This document shows, in pieces, positions 44,015-57,999 of a DNA stretch of 64,000 nucleotides. The stretch covers positions 39,618,001-39,682,000 of the forward strand of contig OX597832.1 in the NCBI GenBank assembly GCA_951406725.2. Reading direction: 5' to 3'. The notes under the pieces were generated by a model that worked only from the letters and a program-made list of their open reading frames with translations, did no database searches and was not told the origin of the DNA. The position numbers were made by a program, and so were the translations under genes. Numbering within the stretch: position 1 is the stretch's first letter; every line of letters begins with the position of its first letter. The DNA is from Octopus vulgaris. Its lineage: Eukaryota.

Positions 44015-44513
44015 ATGAAACAGAGAGGAAAAGAAAGAGAGAGACATAAAGAACACAGATTGAGACAGATGACAGATGAGGAAAGAAAGAAAGAGACAGA
44101 GGAAACCATAAATGGAAACAACAGAAAAACCCACAATAGAGATCACGTGACAGTAAAGAGTAATGACAACCTCACAAACTGCAATGATTGAGATGATACG
44201 AACTGTAGAATGTTCAATTACAGTATCGCTTCGATCTATTTAATCTGTTTATTTCACCACGCCAATATATATATATATATGGCAGCGTATAAATAGGATT
44301 GCGTAATGTGATTTAGAGTTTCAAATGAAATTCATTAGCGCAGACCACAATTGGTAAGCATTCGTTTGGTGGCCGTTGAAAAGACTTGAAAGTTTAACAT
44401 AAACAGGAAGACATTTTATGAAAGAGTCGGCGGCGGCGGCGGTAGAGGGGGGAAAGGCGGGAAAATCACGTTACGTTAACGTTTAATCATATATGTATGG
44501 GAAAGTGTGTATG

Positions 44514-44554
<41 letters not shown>

Positions 44555-44557
44555 ATG

Positions 44558-44613
<56 letters not shown>

Positions 44614-44673
44614 TATATGTATATATATATATGTATATATATCCATATATATATACATATCTATTTCCAAGTA

Positions 44674-44734
<61 letters not shown>

Positions 44735-45098
44735 GTATGTATGCATGTATATATATGTGTGTGACTGTGCCTATATGTGTGTGTCTGTATGTGTGTGTCT
44801 GTGTGTGCGTGTATGCGTGTGTGTGCGTGCACGTGTGTGTGTGTGTGTGACTATTGTTAATGAATCACGCAGCATTTATTTTGCAAAAATATTTATTTCC
44901 TTCAATTAATTAATTATTTAATCAATTAATTAAGTATTAACAATAGTTTTCTGTACATAAATTTTAGAAACTCAACCACATTGAAGTGTAATTTATATTT
45001 TAATCTAATAATTAACGAGATCAAATTAATTGTAATAAATATTATTGGCCTTGTCCTTTGATGTTGTTATTGCTTCTGTTTGTTTTGTTTTTGAGCCG

Positions 45099-45448
<350 letters not shown>

Positions 45449-45984
45449 ACAGAAGCAGGAGCGTCGAGCAAGATACATTTTAAAATGACGCAAGCACGAC
45501 CACCACCACCGATTCCAACACCAACACCACCATTACCAACGCCGCCAAAAACACAGACATTAATAGAACGACAACAGCGACCGTTCTTTTTCTAAGAAGC
45601 CTGTCAGAAAATAGAAAAAGTGTTGAGTGACATTAAGCTGAAGATAACAAGGAATAGCAGACCAGTCTTCTTTAACACGCTGGAGGAAGCGCAAGAACGC
45701 ACTGAGAAATAAACATTATTATTATATAAATGTATTTCGATTAAGACGATGAGACTGGAGCGAGTGACGCAGGCCCAGGTCGAAAAATGATTATGACCGG
45801 TCTTGACCGTGGGAGACGCTTTGGCACAGTTGAGGTAAAATTCTTAACTTAAGAATTAGCCAAAGAAAATGCAACGACAACTCTCAAAATTGAGGAATTG
45901 CGGCTAATTTCGACATATCTCGGTTGAGGAGTTGTCAAAATAAGGGTGGCAGAGGAGCTACCAGAAGTGGACATCTCTTTGCTG

Positions 45985-46330
45985 GTAGCAGTCTCCTTAT
46001 GAGAGCTCAAAATCTCTCGTGGAAGCGTCATCCAACCAAAATGCAAGTATATGGGAAACTACCAACTGTGTCATCTCTTGTGAAAGGTAAGAGAGTCCAG
46101 TTTGCTGGACATTGTTGTAGAGCTGAAAAAGAGGTAATTTCTACTCTTCTCCTCTGGAAGCCATTTACTCGCAATACCAGAAGGCGCACACTCTCCTACC
46201 CTGATGTAATCTCCAGGGATACAGGCATCAAGCAACAGGACCTCCGTAATGCCATGATGGACCGTGAAGTCTGGCGTAGCATGGTAAATTCCATTGTCTC
46301 GACCACGGTCGAACAATGATGATGATGATG
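45985..46330 (+). mobile_element. RTE/RTEX-type LINE 3' end with (TGA)n tail
   Basis: LLMRAQNLSWKRHPT..YGKLP..RVQFAGHCCR..LLLWKP..DTG..AMMDREVWRSMV; stop at 46319 running into (TGA)n. Confidence 0.92.
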
Positions 46331-46670
46331 TATTATACGGTGTAGAGAACAAAATAAATAAGTCCACAAAATGGGATGCTAAGGTTGGTCAAGCATGGGC
46401 ATGGAATTGTGGTTACACACCGATCTAGTAGCATCGAAGTCATCCCTGAACTGATCAACCTCCCTAATGGAACACAGTTATTTTAGAAGTAGAGAGCAGG
46501 AAGCCAAGATGCGCATCTTTGGCGAAACAAAGAAAAACCTTAACAACAACAGCAGCAGTACCAACAACAACACCAACAACAGCCTCAGTACCAAGAGCAG
46601 CAGCATTCAAAACAACGACAGCATTAACAGAAAGAGTAGCAAGAGAGATCCATTCCACATCAGCAGCAAG

Positions 46671-47060
46671 TGGAGGCGCAATGGCCCAGTGGTTTGGGCA
46701 CCGGACTCGCGGTCGGAGGATCGCGGTTTCGTTTCCCAGAACGAGCGTTGTGTGTGTTTATTGAGCGAAAACACCTAAAGCTCCACTAGGCTCCAGCAGG
46801 GGTGGTGGCGACCCCTGTTGTACTATTTCGCCCCAACTTTCTCTCACTCTTTCTTCCTGTTTCTTGTCCACAACTTCCTACGCAACCGCTGAGCTTGGAT
46901 GCGCATTCATCCATCCGTCGATGCTTTTGGTGTCGGGGGTTGACCTGCTTTCTCTTCTGCGGGTCTTACAAATAGCAAAGGACCACGTTTCGGACTTCTA
47001 CCACTACAGAGGCGCGATCTTGCGAGCTCTGGGACGAAGATGGCTTCGCTCAACAGCAAC
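46671..47060 (+). mobile_element. SINE family B head with alternative 3' region
   Basis: Same head as 62491; diverges after TTCTCTCACTCTTTCTTCCTGTT. 3' boundary approximate. Confidence 0.82.
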
Positions 47061-47315
47061 ATCAGCAGCAAAAATCGGTACCACGCCCACGAAAAATAAA
47101 AACAATAAGATCCCCTACACCATCGCAATCGAGAGAAGCCTTACCCACACCAGTCGACCAAACCACCAGCTTAGAAATTCAAGACTGTGCAAACATACTT
47201 CTCCCTCTGCCACATATTTTTCAGACGGTAAAAAAACTCGTCCAACAAGGAAAACAGTCTCGGAATCTCACTAGAATGGATTCTGATGAAAAGAAAATGA
47301 AAAAAAATTACAAAA

Positions 47316-47745
47316 GGTGCGTGTCAAGAAGCTTGCGTCCCAACAACATGGTTCTGGGTTCAGACCTCGGGCAAGTGCCTTCTCCTATAGCTTAGGGCTG
47401 ATCAAAGCCTTGTTAGTGGATTTCGTGGACGGAAACTGAAAGAAGCCCATCGTATATGTGGGTGTGTGAGTGTGTGTGTGTGTGTGCATGTGTGTGTGTG
47501 CGCATGTGTGTGTGTGTGTTTATGTTATGTATGTATGTATTTGTGTGTCTGTGTTTGTCCTTCTACCATCACTTGAAACCGATGTTGGTGTGTTTACGTC
47601 CCTGTAACTTAGCGGTTCGGCAAAAGAGACCGATAGGAAAAGTACTAGGCTTCCAAAGAATAAGTCCTGGGGTCGATTTGTTCGACAAAAGGCGGTGCTC
47701 CAGCATGGGCGCAGTCAAATGACTGAAACGAGTAAAAGAGTAAAG
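47316..47745 (+). mobile_element. SINE family A, diverged
   Basis: Matches 39866-40315 throughout. Confidence 0.9.
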
Positions 47746-48009
47746 TGAAAGAGATCAGAGGAAGAGACGTAGAAACCAACAGACCACCACACACCCACAC
47801 ACCCTACACCAACGCAACTACAAACTTCTCCAACATTACAAACACCTCAACAAACAAAAATACATTGCAATCCAGACCAACATGAACAGCACTCTCAAGC
47901 TATGATTAATAACATGGCCCGAGACACAAACAAGAACTTATTAAAATATTCAAAAATACACAGACGTTATTTTAAATGAATACATCTCACTCCCGCTAAA
48001 GGCTACAAT

Positions 48010-48435
48010 ATTTCCAGCGCGTTGTTGGCGATGAGCAGGTGTGGTCGCCGTCTCTAAGACTCGTTTTTTCACAGCTTGTCTCTGTGGCTGAGCTGCAGTC
48101 TTGGATCAAGCACCTAGACTGGTGTCAGGCGCTCACAATCCTCAGTCGGTCGAGCAACGCAGTCGATGTTCCAATCTGGAGTTTTATAGAGGGTTAGTGG
48201 CGGGCAAGTTCGACGACGTTCTCGGGGAGACTCTGGGTGTCGATGAATATCAACTGGCTAGTCTGTTCCGGAGGACCTTCGGACCAGGGCCTATGGATAA
48301 TTTCCAGAAATCCTTGACCAGAAAGTGCTATTGGAGGCCATTGTCGGTTCGTGATAAACTCTACAAGCACGGAAGTGCTGTAATCCGGACTTGCCCGAGA
48401 TGCGTGAAGAGCAACGAAACTGCTCCAAGCGAATG
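48010..48435 (+). mobile_element. Tx1/L1-clade LINE fragment (zinc-binding region after RT)
   Basis: EFYRGL..MDNFQKSLT..PLSVRDKLYKHG..TCPRC..NET resembles the zf-RVT region of L1/Tx1 ORF2. Confidence 0.72.
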
Positions 48436-48469
48436 AACCTACTCTACGCATGCGCCTATACACGTTGAA

Positions 48470-48631
48470 GAGTGTAGTGCTATGTTCTGTATGTTATATA
48501 TACTTGTAAGTCCTGGTGATTTTGTTATGTATTTGTCTGAATGTTTTTTTATTATACCAAATGCGCCCACATTCGAGTTACCTCTATTTCCAGGTCTTTG
48601 TATTTTGAAAGTTTCTCCATTTCTTTTAGAG
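48470..48631 (-). mobile_element. Second Dong-like RLE fragment next to a (TTA)n array
   Basis: SLKEMEKLSKYKDLEIEVTRMW identical to 11385-11450; internal deletion. Confidence 0.93.
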
Positions 48632-48634
48632 AAA

Positions 48635-48660
48635 TATTGATATTATTATTAATGTTATTA

Positions 48661-48703
<43 letters not shown>

Positions 48704-48719
48704 CATTATTATTATCATT

Positions 48720-48750
<31 letters not shown>

Positions 48751-48830
48751 CTATTATCATCATCATCATCATCATCATTATTATTATTATTATTATTATT
48801 AATATTATTGTTGTTGTTGTTATTATCATT

Positions 48831-48923
<93 letters not shown>

Positions 48924-48950
48924 ATTATTGTTGTTGTTCATGTTATTATT

Positions 48951-48985
<35 letters not shown>

Positions 48986-49071
48986 TATTATTATTATTAT
49001 TATTATCATCATCATCATCATTATTATTATTATTATCATTATCCCTTCTTCTTCTTCTTCTTCTTCTTCTT
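48635..49071. repeat. (TTA)n/(TCA)n/(CTT)n array
   Basis: Direct reading. Confidence 0.96.
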
Positions 49072-49449
49072 GGTATGCATTCTATATATATTTAGTGTGG
49101 GTGTTTGTTGTGGTGGTTACTTTTAGCTTCTTCACACTTTGTCCTATTAAATGAGTTTGTTGAGAGATTGTTGGTCCTTTTAGAAGTCGGTAAGCTTCAT
49201 TCTCGTACATTCTGTGTTGTTATTGTAGGACGGCGGAACGCGAAAGATAATTAGAAATTAATATCTCATAGAACAGCAACACAAGTCAACGAGAAGTGCA
49301 ACAACAACAACAACAACAATAACAACACCAGCCAAAGCAAAAGCAGCAGCAATAGCAAGAACATAAACATCAGTGGCAAGAATTAAAAGCAGCAGCAACA
49401 GCAATAGCAGCAAGAATAAATAGATGCAATGGCAAGAGAAAGAAGACAA

Positions 49450-49831
49450 GGGTGGTGGCGGTGGTGGCGGTGGTCGTGGTGGTGGCGGTGGTCGTGGTGG
49501 TGGTCGTGGTCGGCGGCGTCGTCGTCGTCATCGTCGTCATCGTAGTCGTCGACGTTGTCAAGGCAGTGGTCGTCGTGGCAGCGACGACGGCTACGGCATC
49601 CGACCCACACAGCGGTGATGCTGAGAACGATGACGGTGATGATGATGATGATGAGGAGGAGGAGGAGGAGGAGGAGGAGAAGGAGGAGGAGGAGGAGGAA
49701 GATGATGATGACAATGATGGTGATGATGATGATGGTGATGATGATGGTGATGGTGATGATGATGATGATGATGATGATGGTGATGATGATGGTGATGGTG
49801 ATGATGATGAAGATGATGATGACAATGATGC

Positions 49832-49862
<31 letters not shown>

Positions 49863-50189
49863 GATGATGGTGATGATGGTGATGGTGATGATGATGACGA
49901 TAATGATGATGGTGGTGACGATGATGGTGATGATGATGACGACGACGATGATGGTGATGATGATGGTGATGATGATGATGATGGTGAGGAGGAGGAGGGT
50001 GGAGGAGGAGGTGGAAGATGTTTTGACGATAATGAGAATAGTAATGATGACGATGATGACGACGTCGGTAACGAGGAGGGAGAAGTGGGTGGGGGTGGAC
50101 GACGATGATGATAATGATTATGGTAATGTCGAACGACATTATCATAATTATCAAGAGAACGAATGAAGAAGGATGAGAGAAGTGTGAAA

Positions 50190-50262
<73 letters not shown>

Positions 50263-50284
50263 GGTGGTGGTGGTGGTGGTGGTG

Positions 50285-50343
<59 letters not shown>
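49450..50343. repeat. (GGT/GAT/GAG)n region and (GTA)n(GTG)n(GTA)n array
   Basis: Direct reading. Confidence 0.93.
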
Positions 50344-50769
50344 TCGAGAGAAAGAAGAGGAGTGGTGATACAGAAAGTAGAATAAATCATAAAACTAGAA
50401 GCATAAAGACGAATATATTGAAATATTTTATATATAGAAATTTAATTAAATTTGATTATGGTTTCATCTTTTATGAATATCAGCATCACTGTTAGTTGTT
50501 ATTATTGTTGTTGCTGTTGTTATTATTATTATTAATATCATCATCATCATCGTCGTCGTCTGATCCATAGGTTTTCAATGTGTTGTATTCAACTCAAGTT
50601 TGATGGAAACACGTTTGGGTTTCGGCTGATTTTTTTGATTTTTTTCATTATTGTCTGACTTCCTTAGATGTGTCTGATAATTGGTTAATTATTTTACATT
50701 CTAAGTTAAAAGAATTGCCTGTTTAGATTTAAACACTTATTATTTAACGTAGTAGACACCAATAAATTA

Positions 50770-51347
50770 TTTGGATTTCACTGCTGGTTCTTTGGTGCAC
50801 TTGGCATCTCTCAATTGCTTACATTTAACCACTGGTTCATTCACGTGACTGACATCCCTCAGTTGCTTATATTTTACCACCGGTAAGCTCCCACAGCTGA
50901 TAACACCCAATTCTTTATATTTAACCACTGATTGGCTCACAGGACTGACATCACTCAATTTCTTAAATTTAATCACTGGTTGGATCAATTTGCTATTACC
51001 TATTTCTTTACTACCCACAAGGGGCTAAACACAGAGAGGACAAACAAGGACAGACAAACGGATTAAGTCGATTATATCGACCCCAGTGCGTAACTGGTAC
51101 TTATTTAATCGACCCCAAAAGGATGAAAGGCAAAGTCGACCTCGGCGGATTTGAACTCAGAACGTAACAGCAGACGAAATACCGCTAAGCATTTCGCCCG
51201 GCGTGCTAACGTTTCTGCCAGCCCACCACCTTATTTGCTATTACCGCTCAGTTGTTAGTTCACGAGGCTGATATCTTACAGTTGTTTGAATTAAACCACT
51301 ACTGGTTCCTATATCCGTCATCTCTCAGTTGGTTAAATTTAACCACC
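50770..51347. repeat. Old degenerate 48-bp minisatellite interrupted by a SINE
   Basis: TTTAACCACTGG..CTGACATC.CTCA.TT recurs at 48-nt spacing (seen as the 16-aa repeat VVKxKxLxDVS in ORF 50767-51018). Confidence 0.85.
51001..51232 (-). mobile_element. SINE family C, full length, 13-bp TSD
   Basis: TSD ATTTGCTATTACC at 50988-51000 and 51233-51245. Confidence 0.95.
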
Positions 51348-51840
51348 GCTACGTTCCCACGACTAACACGGGCTCAATTGTTTATATCTTATCACTGCTA
51401 CGTTCCCACGACTAACACGGGCTCAATTGTTTATATCTTATCACTGCTACGTTCCCACGACTAACACGGGCTCAATTGTTTATATCTTATCACTGCTACG
51501 TTCCCACGACTAACACGGGCTCAATTGTTTATATCTTATCACTGCTACGTTCCCACGACTAACACGGGCTCAATTGTTTATATCTTATCACTGCTACGTT
51601 CCCACGACTAACACGGGCTCAATTGTTTATATCTTATCACTGCTACGTTCCCACGACTAACACGGGCTCAATTGTTTATATCTTATCACTGCTACGTTCC
51701 CACGACTAACACGGGCTCAATTGTTTATATCTTATCACTGCTACGTTCCCACGACTAACACGGGCTCAATTGTTTATATCTTATCACTGCTACGTTCCCA
51801 CGACTAACACGGGCTCAATTGTTTATATCTTATCACTGCT
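51348..51840. repeat. Minisatellite, ~10 identical 49-bp units
   Basis: Unit GCTACGTTCCCACGACTAACACGGGCTCAATTGTTTATATCTTATCACT, head to tail without spacers. Confidence 0.98.
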
Positions 51841-52439
51841 TGATTCACACATTTAACAACTAATTACATAGATTTAATCACTTAATGTGATATTTAAAGA
51901 GGCTGATGATGTTTTTTTACTGTAGGTGGGTTTAATGTTTTCAAGGATCCAAACATTATTGCGTTGTTAACAAGGTTGCATTGCAAAGTCAGATATGGTT
52001 TCAGATTTGATCTCAGTGCACGGCATCATGGAAATATACTTCTTTATATAGCCTTGTATTATCATAGAAAGAAACGGTACGGAAACCTGCCAGATTGGAT
52101 CGTTCCTACTCTTTCTTTATGACCGATTTAAAACGTTACCCGATTCAGCACCTCTGTATGGCACATAATTAGGTGCCTTGAGCGGATTGAGCTTACTCGG
52201 TCGCAATTATCCTTTCTAAGTCTAAGGTAAAAACTAGCGTCCTCCCTTCCTCCCACAAGTCCTAGAGGGCCTGGAAACAGTCAAAGAAGCTGCTTGTTTC
52301 CTCTCACTTAATAGAACAAAAAGACTGATTTAGTAATATAGTCGGGCTCGAAACCTACAGGCTCATGAAACCGAAGATCGCATGTATTTTTTATGCGTTT
52401 AAGCCGAGAATAAAATATTACGTCCTCTAAACGGGATAT

Positions 52440-52620
52440 CAGTCCGTCTCGAATTTAACTCTCAGATATCACTGATATTCATTTGCAGCTGAATATGCTA
52501 AAGTAACGTGAAATGTAATGCTTTTCTTTCAAGGGCACAACGCGCTGCCCATTCGAGAATCGAACATATGAGTGAATGATCGTGAACAGAACACTGTAAC
52601 CATAGTGCCACGTGCTTTCA
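52440..52620 (-). mobile_element. Old tRNA-derived SINE with CORE-like domain
   Basis: Minus: TGGCACTATGG (A box)..GTTCGATTCTC (B box)..GTTGTGCCCTTGA..CATTACATTTCACG. Confidence 0.55.
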
Positions 52621-52664
52621 CTTTTGTCATCTAAGTGAATTATAATAGGGGAGTCATCAAAGTA

Positions 52665-52899
52665 CCTATTTCTTTATTACCCACAAGGGGGCTAAACACA
52701 GAGAGGACAAACAAGGACAGACAAATGGATTAAGTCGATTACATCGACCCCAGTGCGTAACTGGTACTTATTTAATCGACCCCGAAAGGATGAAAGGCAA
52801 AGTCGACCTCGGCGGAATTTGAACTCAGAACGTAACGGCAGACGAAATACCACAACGCATTTCACCCGGCGTGCTAACGTTTCTGCCAGCTCGCCGCCT
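52665..52899 (-). mobile_element. SINE family C, full length
   Basis: Near-identical to 51001-51232. Confidence 0.95.
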
Positions 52900-53479
52900 C
52901 ATGTCATCTAAGGATCTATTTACATCATTCATCTTTGCAAAGACGTCTTCTGAGTTCGTATTTACGTCATTTAACGTTGCCAAAACGAAAGGAGACTCTC
53001 TCGCTGCAAATGAGCGACAGCAAAACATCTCCTCCAGAGGACGAGACGCAATTAGCGTGTTTAATGAAATTGTTCATTTGGCATTCGAAACTGCACCGCA
53101 AAACTTACCGTTCTGCGAAGAAGCTTGCAGCTCTTCTGGAATGCAGGTGCATAAGTTAACACACCCGCACACAAACACAATGCGCGTGCACGCGTACACA
53201 CACACACATTATTAATTGTAGAAGGAAGTGGAGAATGATTCATTATGGATAAGGCGGGCGGGTGCCAGAGAAAACAAACGAAAGCTAAGAGTGAAAAATA
53301 AATACTCGGAACTTATTGATACAAAATGACTGCTGGGTGGGCGAAGCTGCCTCCTCTGATTTCATAAAGTGGTTGCTTGGAGGACTGGAGATGAAGCAGT
53401 GAGCTCTTTCCTGTCCAGTTTGGCCCTCAAAGAAAGTTTGGTCAAAAGAACAAGGGACATTCCTTGGTAGAATAAACAC

Positions 53480-53897
53480 AAGGCGACGAGCTGGCAGAAA
53501 CGATAGCACGCCGGGCGAAATGCTTAGCGGTATTTCGTCTGCCGTTACGTTCTGAGTTCAAATTCCGCCGTGGTCGACTTTGCCTTTCATCCTTTCGGGG
53601 TCGATAAATTAAGTACCAGTTACGCACTGGGTCGATGTAATCGACTTAATCGCTTGGTCTGTCCTTGTTTGTCCCCTCTATGTTTAGCCCCTTGTGGGTA
53701 ATAAAGAAATAGGTATTTCGTCTGCCATTACGTTCTGAGTTCAAATTCCGCCGAGGTCGACTTTGCCTTTCATCCTTTCGGGGTCGATAAATTAAGTACT
53801 ATTTACGCACTGGGGTCGATGTAATCGACTTAATCCGTTTGTCTGTCCTTATTTGTCATCTGTGTGTTTAGCCCCTTGTGGGCAATAAAGAAATAAG
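53480..53897 (+). mobile_element. SINE family C, head + two tandem bodies
   Basis: ~183-bp body repeated; junction GAAATAG|GTATTTCGTC at 53712/53713. Confidence 0.95.
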
Positions 53898-55326
53898 AAT
53901 AAATACTGCTTGGTGCCGTTGGACAGGGCTGTTCTGTTGGAAGGGGCAAAAATCCTTCACCCCCAAAAAACAGTTGATGAAGCAAAAGCCTACGACGACA
54001 GCCTGTAAGATCGCGTTACGTGAAACTCCGAATTGCTGAGAAGCGAATTATTGAAGTTATTCAAATAAACAAACTCTGTTATATGCATTGAGTACATTTC
54101 TCTCGGTTGCAGCTCTAAATATTGTGTGTATGTGTGTGTGCGTGCGTGTGTGTGTGTGTATGTGTGTGAGTGTGAGTGTGTGTTTCTATGTATGCACTTG
54201 TGTATGTGTACGCGCACGAGTATGTATGTGCGCGCGTGTGTGTGTGCCTGTGTGTCTGTGTGTGTTTGTGTGTCTGTGTGTTTACGCGTTATACGTGTAT
54301 TTACAGAATTAGATTAATGAGTTTAAATAATGTAACGTTTGCATTTGACACCGTTGTTTCAAATATCCCACTCTATGTATTTCAATCACACAAACAATCG
54401 CACACAAGAGCGAACGCACACACACACACACACACATACATGCACGCACGCATACACACACACACGCACTCATTTTCGCATAGACACACATGCACACAAA
54501 TAATACGCACACTCATAAGAAGACGTTGACACACATACGCAGACATACGCAGACAGCCAGAATTACTTAGTTTCACGCTACTTGTATAACTATGTATTAG
54601 CTAATCGATATCCATTTAACCTCGCTATATTTAACAACCATTGTAGTCTCTTAATAAATCGGACATAAATTTCATTATATTCCTTAATAAATTTATTACA
54701 ATAAGGTTTAGTTTGTGACCGGCGCAAGAATAGATACGACGTGACATGTAGCGCGGTCAACTAGACTGGGCTTGGCGCATGAATTCACACGTAAAAAGCC
54801 CCTGGTTATAGAAATAGCAGACGATACAGCTAAGTTTATCATTGAATTGAATTATCAATGACGTCACGATAACTGTCGGTTATGTATTGGAATAAATATA
54901 AATAGTAATTAGTTATAAATCATTTGTTTTAATTCGATATTGAAAATTAGATTTGATAATTTAAATGAATATAGTTCGTGTGTGATGTAAAGTTTGTTAA
55001 TTTATTACATCTGAATATAAACTGTATTTATCCTCGAGAAAATCTGCCAAGTGAAGGAACTTTGAGATGGTTTGACTGGACAAATACTTATCCATGTGAT
55101 GCGACAATTTATGTATGCGTGTATATATGTGTGTATGCATATATGTGTGTACGTACGTACTATGTGTGTATGTATGTGTGTATGTATGTATGTATGTATG
55201 TATGTATGTATGTATGTATATATGTATGTATGTATGTATGTATGTACATATATGTGTGTGTGTGTATGCATGTATGTGTGTATGTACGTACTATGTATGT
55301 GTGTATGTATGTATATATGCATGTAC

Positions 55327-55379
<53 letters not shown>

Positions 55380-55382
<3 letters not shown>

Positions 55383-55686
55383 AGGCGCAATGGCCCGATG
55401 GTTAGGGCAGCGAACTTGCGGTCGTAGGATCCTGGTTTCGATTCCCAGACCGGGCGTTGTGAGTGTTTATTGAGTGAAAACACCTAAAGCTTCACGAGGC
55501 TCCAGCAGGGGGTGGTGGCGACCCTTGTTGTACTCTTTCGCCCCAACTTTCTCTCACTTTTTCTTCTGTTGGCCTGCTCGCTTAGCCAGCGGGGTGGAGT
55601 CATTTGAAGGTTAAAACAATGCGAAGCGCATTGTGACCAGCGATATGTAGCAACAACTGATAGCCTGGTCGGTCACGGTGATCACG

Positions 55687-55691
<5 letters not shown>
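55380..55691 (+). mobile_element. SINE family B with GGTCACGGTGATCACGGTGAT tail
   Basis: Family B head, distinct 3' region, between (GT)n and (TA)n. Confidence 0.9.
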
Positions 55692-55723
<32 letters not shown>

Positions 55724-56509
55724 ATATGAATTAGAAGCGGCCACACACATTCAATGTACTTGCTTTGCTTTTTCGCCAATCGGCTGCGATTTGACACAGT
55801 GGAGATAACTCTCAATGTGCTGTGTATTAAAATATCTGAAAGTCATAGGCAGGCGAAACAACTCACTCCAGGTTCCATCCATGGGTGATGGACATGGATG
55901 GTACACAATTTTTGTGGCTTATCAACATCACGTACCCGAATAGAACCGGGGAGAAGTTGAATAGCCTATCCATGGTATATGTTAAGTTGTATAAAAACCA
56001 TCTGCTGCTATACTCGAACGATGCACGCGTAATTCATATTCGAATATGAATTAGGGGTAGCGCGAGAGTTGCAAACATTATCGAATATACCTGCTCAATG
56101 TATGTGTTTAGCTTGTTCGCCGGTCGGCTGCGACTTCACATGGTGGAGATGACTCTCTCAATAGTAGGACCACATGATGTATAAGATTCACGAACAAGCA
56201 TATCAAATATATTTCCATCATTAGCTGCCTAATGGATATCGTTATGTTACGGGGGAGATGTTTCCTACTTCCTTCAAAGTCATGAAAACAATATTAAGTC
56301 TATGATTATATTTCCATTCCAAGGCTTTATAGATAATGTTGCTTCACGATTGAACGTGTCACACAGAAGATATCTCTTATAATTGTAATTGAAGTAAGGC
56401 AATTTTTTTCTTATGTGATACTATAGATAAACGTGTAAAACAAATTTTTAACTTCCCTTTTAATGCCTTTGTTGAAGTACCTTTTTGGTGTATCAACGAT
56501 TGCTGACAG

Positions 56510-56818
56510 TTTTGTTTTTGTTTGTTCCTTCTCGAGCCATGCCTGGCTCATAAGGGCCGGTTTCCCAGTTTCCTTGGCGTATTGGTTCCCAATTGGATGG
56601 GACGCCGGTCCGTCGCAGGTGAGCTGCAAAATGCAAGAGGAAAGAGGTGAGAGAAAGTTGTGACGAAAGAGTCAGCAGAGGTTTGCCATTACCTTCTGCC
56701 GGAGCAGCGTGGAGATTAAGCGTTTTGCTCATAAATACACATACATCGTCTGAGATTCGAACCCGCGCTCCCTTGACCGTGAGTTCTCTGCTCTAACCAT
56801 TAGGCCATATGCCTCCAC
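56510..56818 (-). mobile_element. SINE family B, diverged, third tail type
   Basis: Minus head TGGAGGCATATGGCCTAATGGTTAGAGC..GGTTCGAATCTC; tail ..GGCTCGAGAAGGAACAAACAAAAAC. Confidence 0.85.
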
Positions 56819-57059
56819 TGATTGCTGAGAGTAAGGGAGTGGCTGCAGACCGAAGAACTGGCCCCGAATGTTACAATGCTGTGTACTCCACTAAACATAC
56901 ATAGTGGTCACTTGGTGGTGTTAAATCGGATGTTGGATAAAACCTACCATTCCAGAACAGAAACAGTCAACCAGACAAACTTCCACATAGCGGTTACCAA
57001 ATTTCACTAATACGGCTTTGATCTATCTGGCTCTTTCATAAAAGGTATTATTCCCAAGA

Positions 57060-57478
57060 AATGCGGCGAGCTGGCAGAAACGTTAGCACGCCGAGCGAAA
57101 TGCTTAGCGGTAACTTCGTCTGCCGTTACGTTCTGAGTTCAAATTCCGCCAAGGTCGACTTTGCCTTTCATCCTTTCGGGGTCGATTAAATAAGTACCAG
57201 TTACGCACTGGGGTCGATGTAATCGACTTAATCCGTTTGTCTGTCCTTGTTTGTCCTCTCTGTGTTTAGCCCCTTGTGGATAGTAAAGAAATAGGTATTT
57301 CGTCTGCCGCTACGTTCTGAGTTCAAATTCTGCCGAGGTCGACTTTGCCTTTCATCCTTCCGAGGTTGATTAAATTAAGCACCAGTTACGCACTGGGGTC
57401 GATATAATTGACTTAATCCGTTTGTCTGTCCTTGTTTGTCCTCTCTGTGTTTAGCCCCCTTGTGGGTAGTAAAGAAAT
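57060..57478 (+). mobile_element. SINE family C dimer with 17-bp TSD
   Basis: TSD AGGTATTATTCCCAAGA at 57043-57059 and 57479-57495; same internal junction as 53712. Confidence 0.95.
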
Positions 57479-57999
57479 AGGTATTATTCCCAAGATGACG
57501 CGTAGTGGGATCGCATGCAGAGCAAAGTAGCTGCGAAACCAGCTTCCGTCCATATACAGTCAACAATAAACGATTGCAAGACGGAAATATTACCCATCAT
57601 CATATATTCATTTCGTTTAACTTTTTTTTTCAATAACTAGTAAATGATGGCATGTTCAATATTTAAATCTCCCATTAAATCAACAAAAATAACCAAAGTG
57701 CTCTATATATATGAAACCAAGTTTAAATGTTATAAGAAATTTATGTATTTATAAATGTTATACATCGTGAATATCTTTTCATGTACGGGAAAATCATATG
57801 TGAAAGAATACTTAATGCATTTTAACATATTGATATGGTTATGAATATGTTAAAAATATTGAATATCCTTTCATATACGTAACTGTTTAGCGATCGTGTA
57901 TAGTGATTCATTTAATTTTATCTTGATAAAACTACTTGCAAAAATGTAATTTCTCTAGAAGTTATTCGCCATCTCTCATAAAACAGGATGTCTTCAAAC

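Noticed and set aside
51348-51840. Possible CRISPR array
   Set aside because: Units are contiguous with no unique spacers, no cas genes, eukaryotic context.
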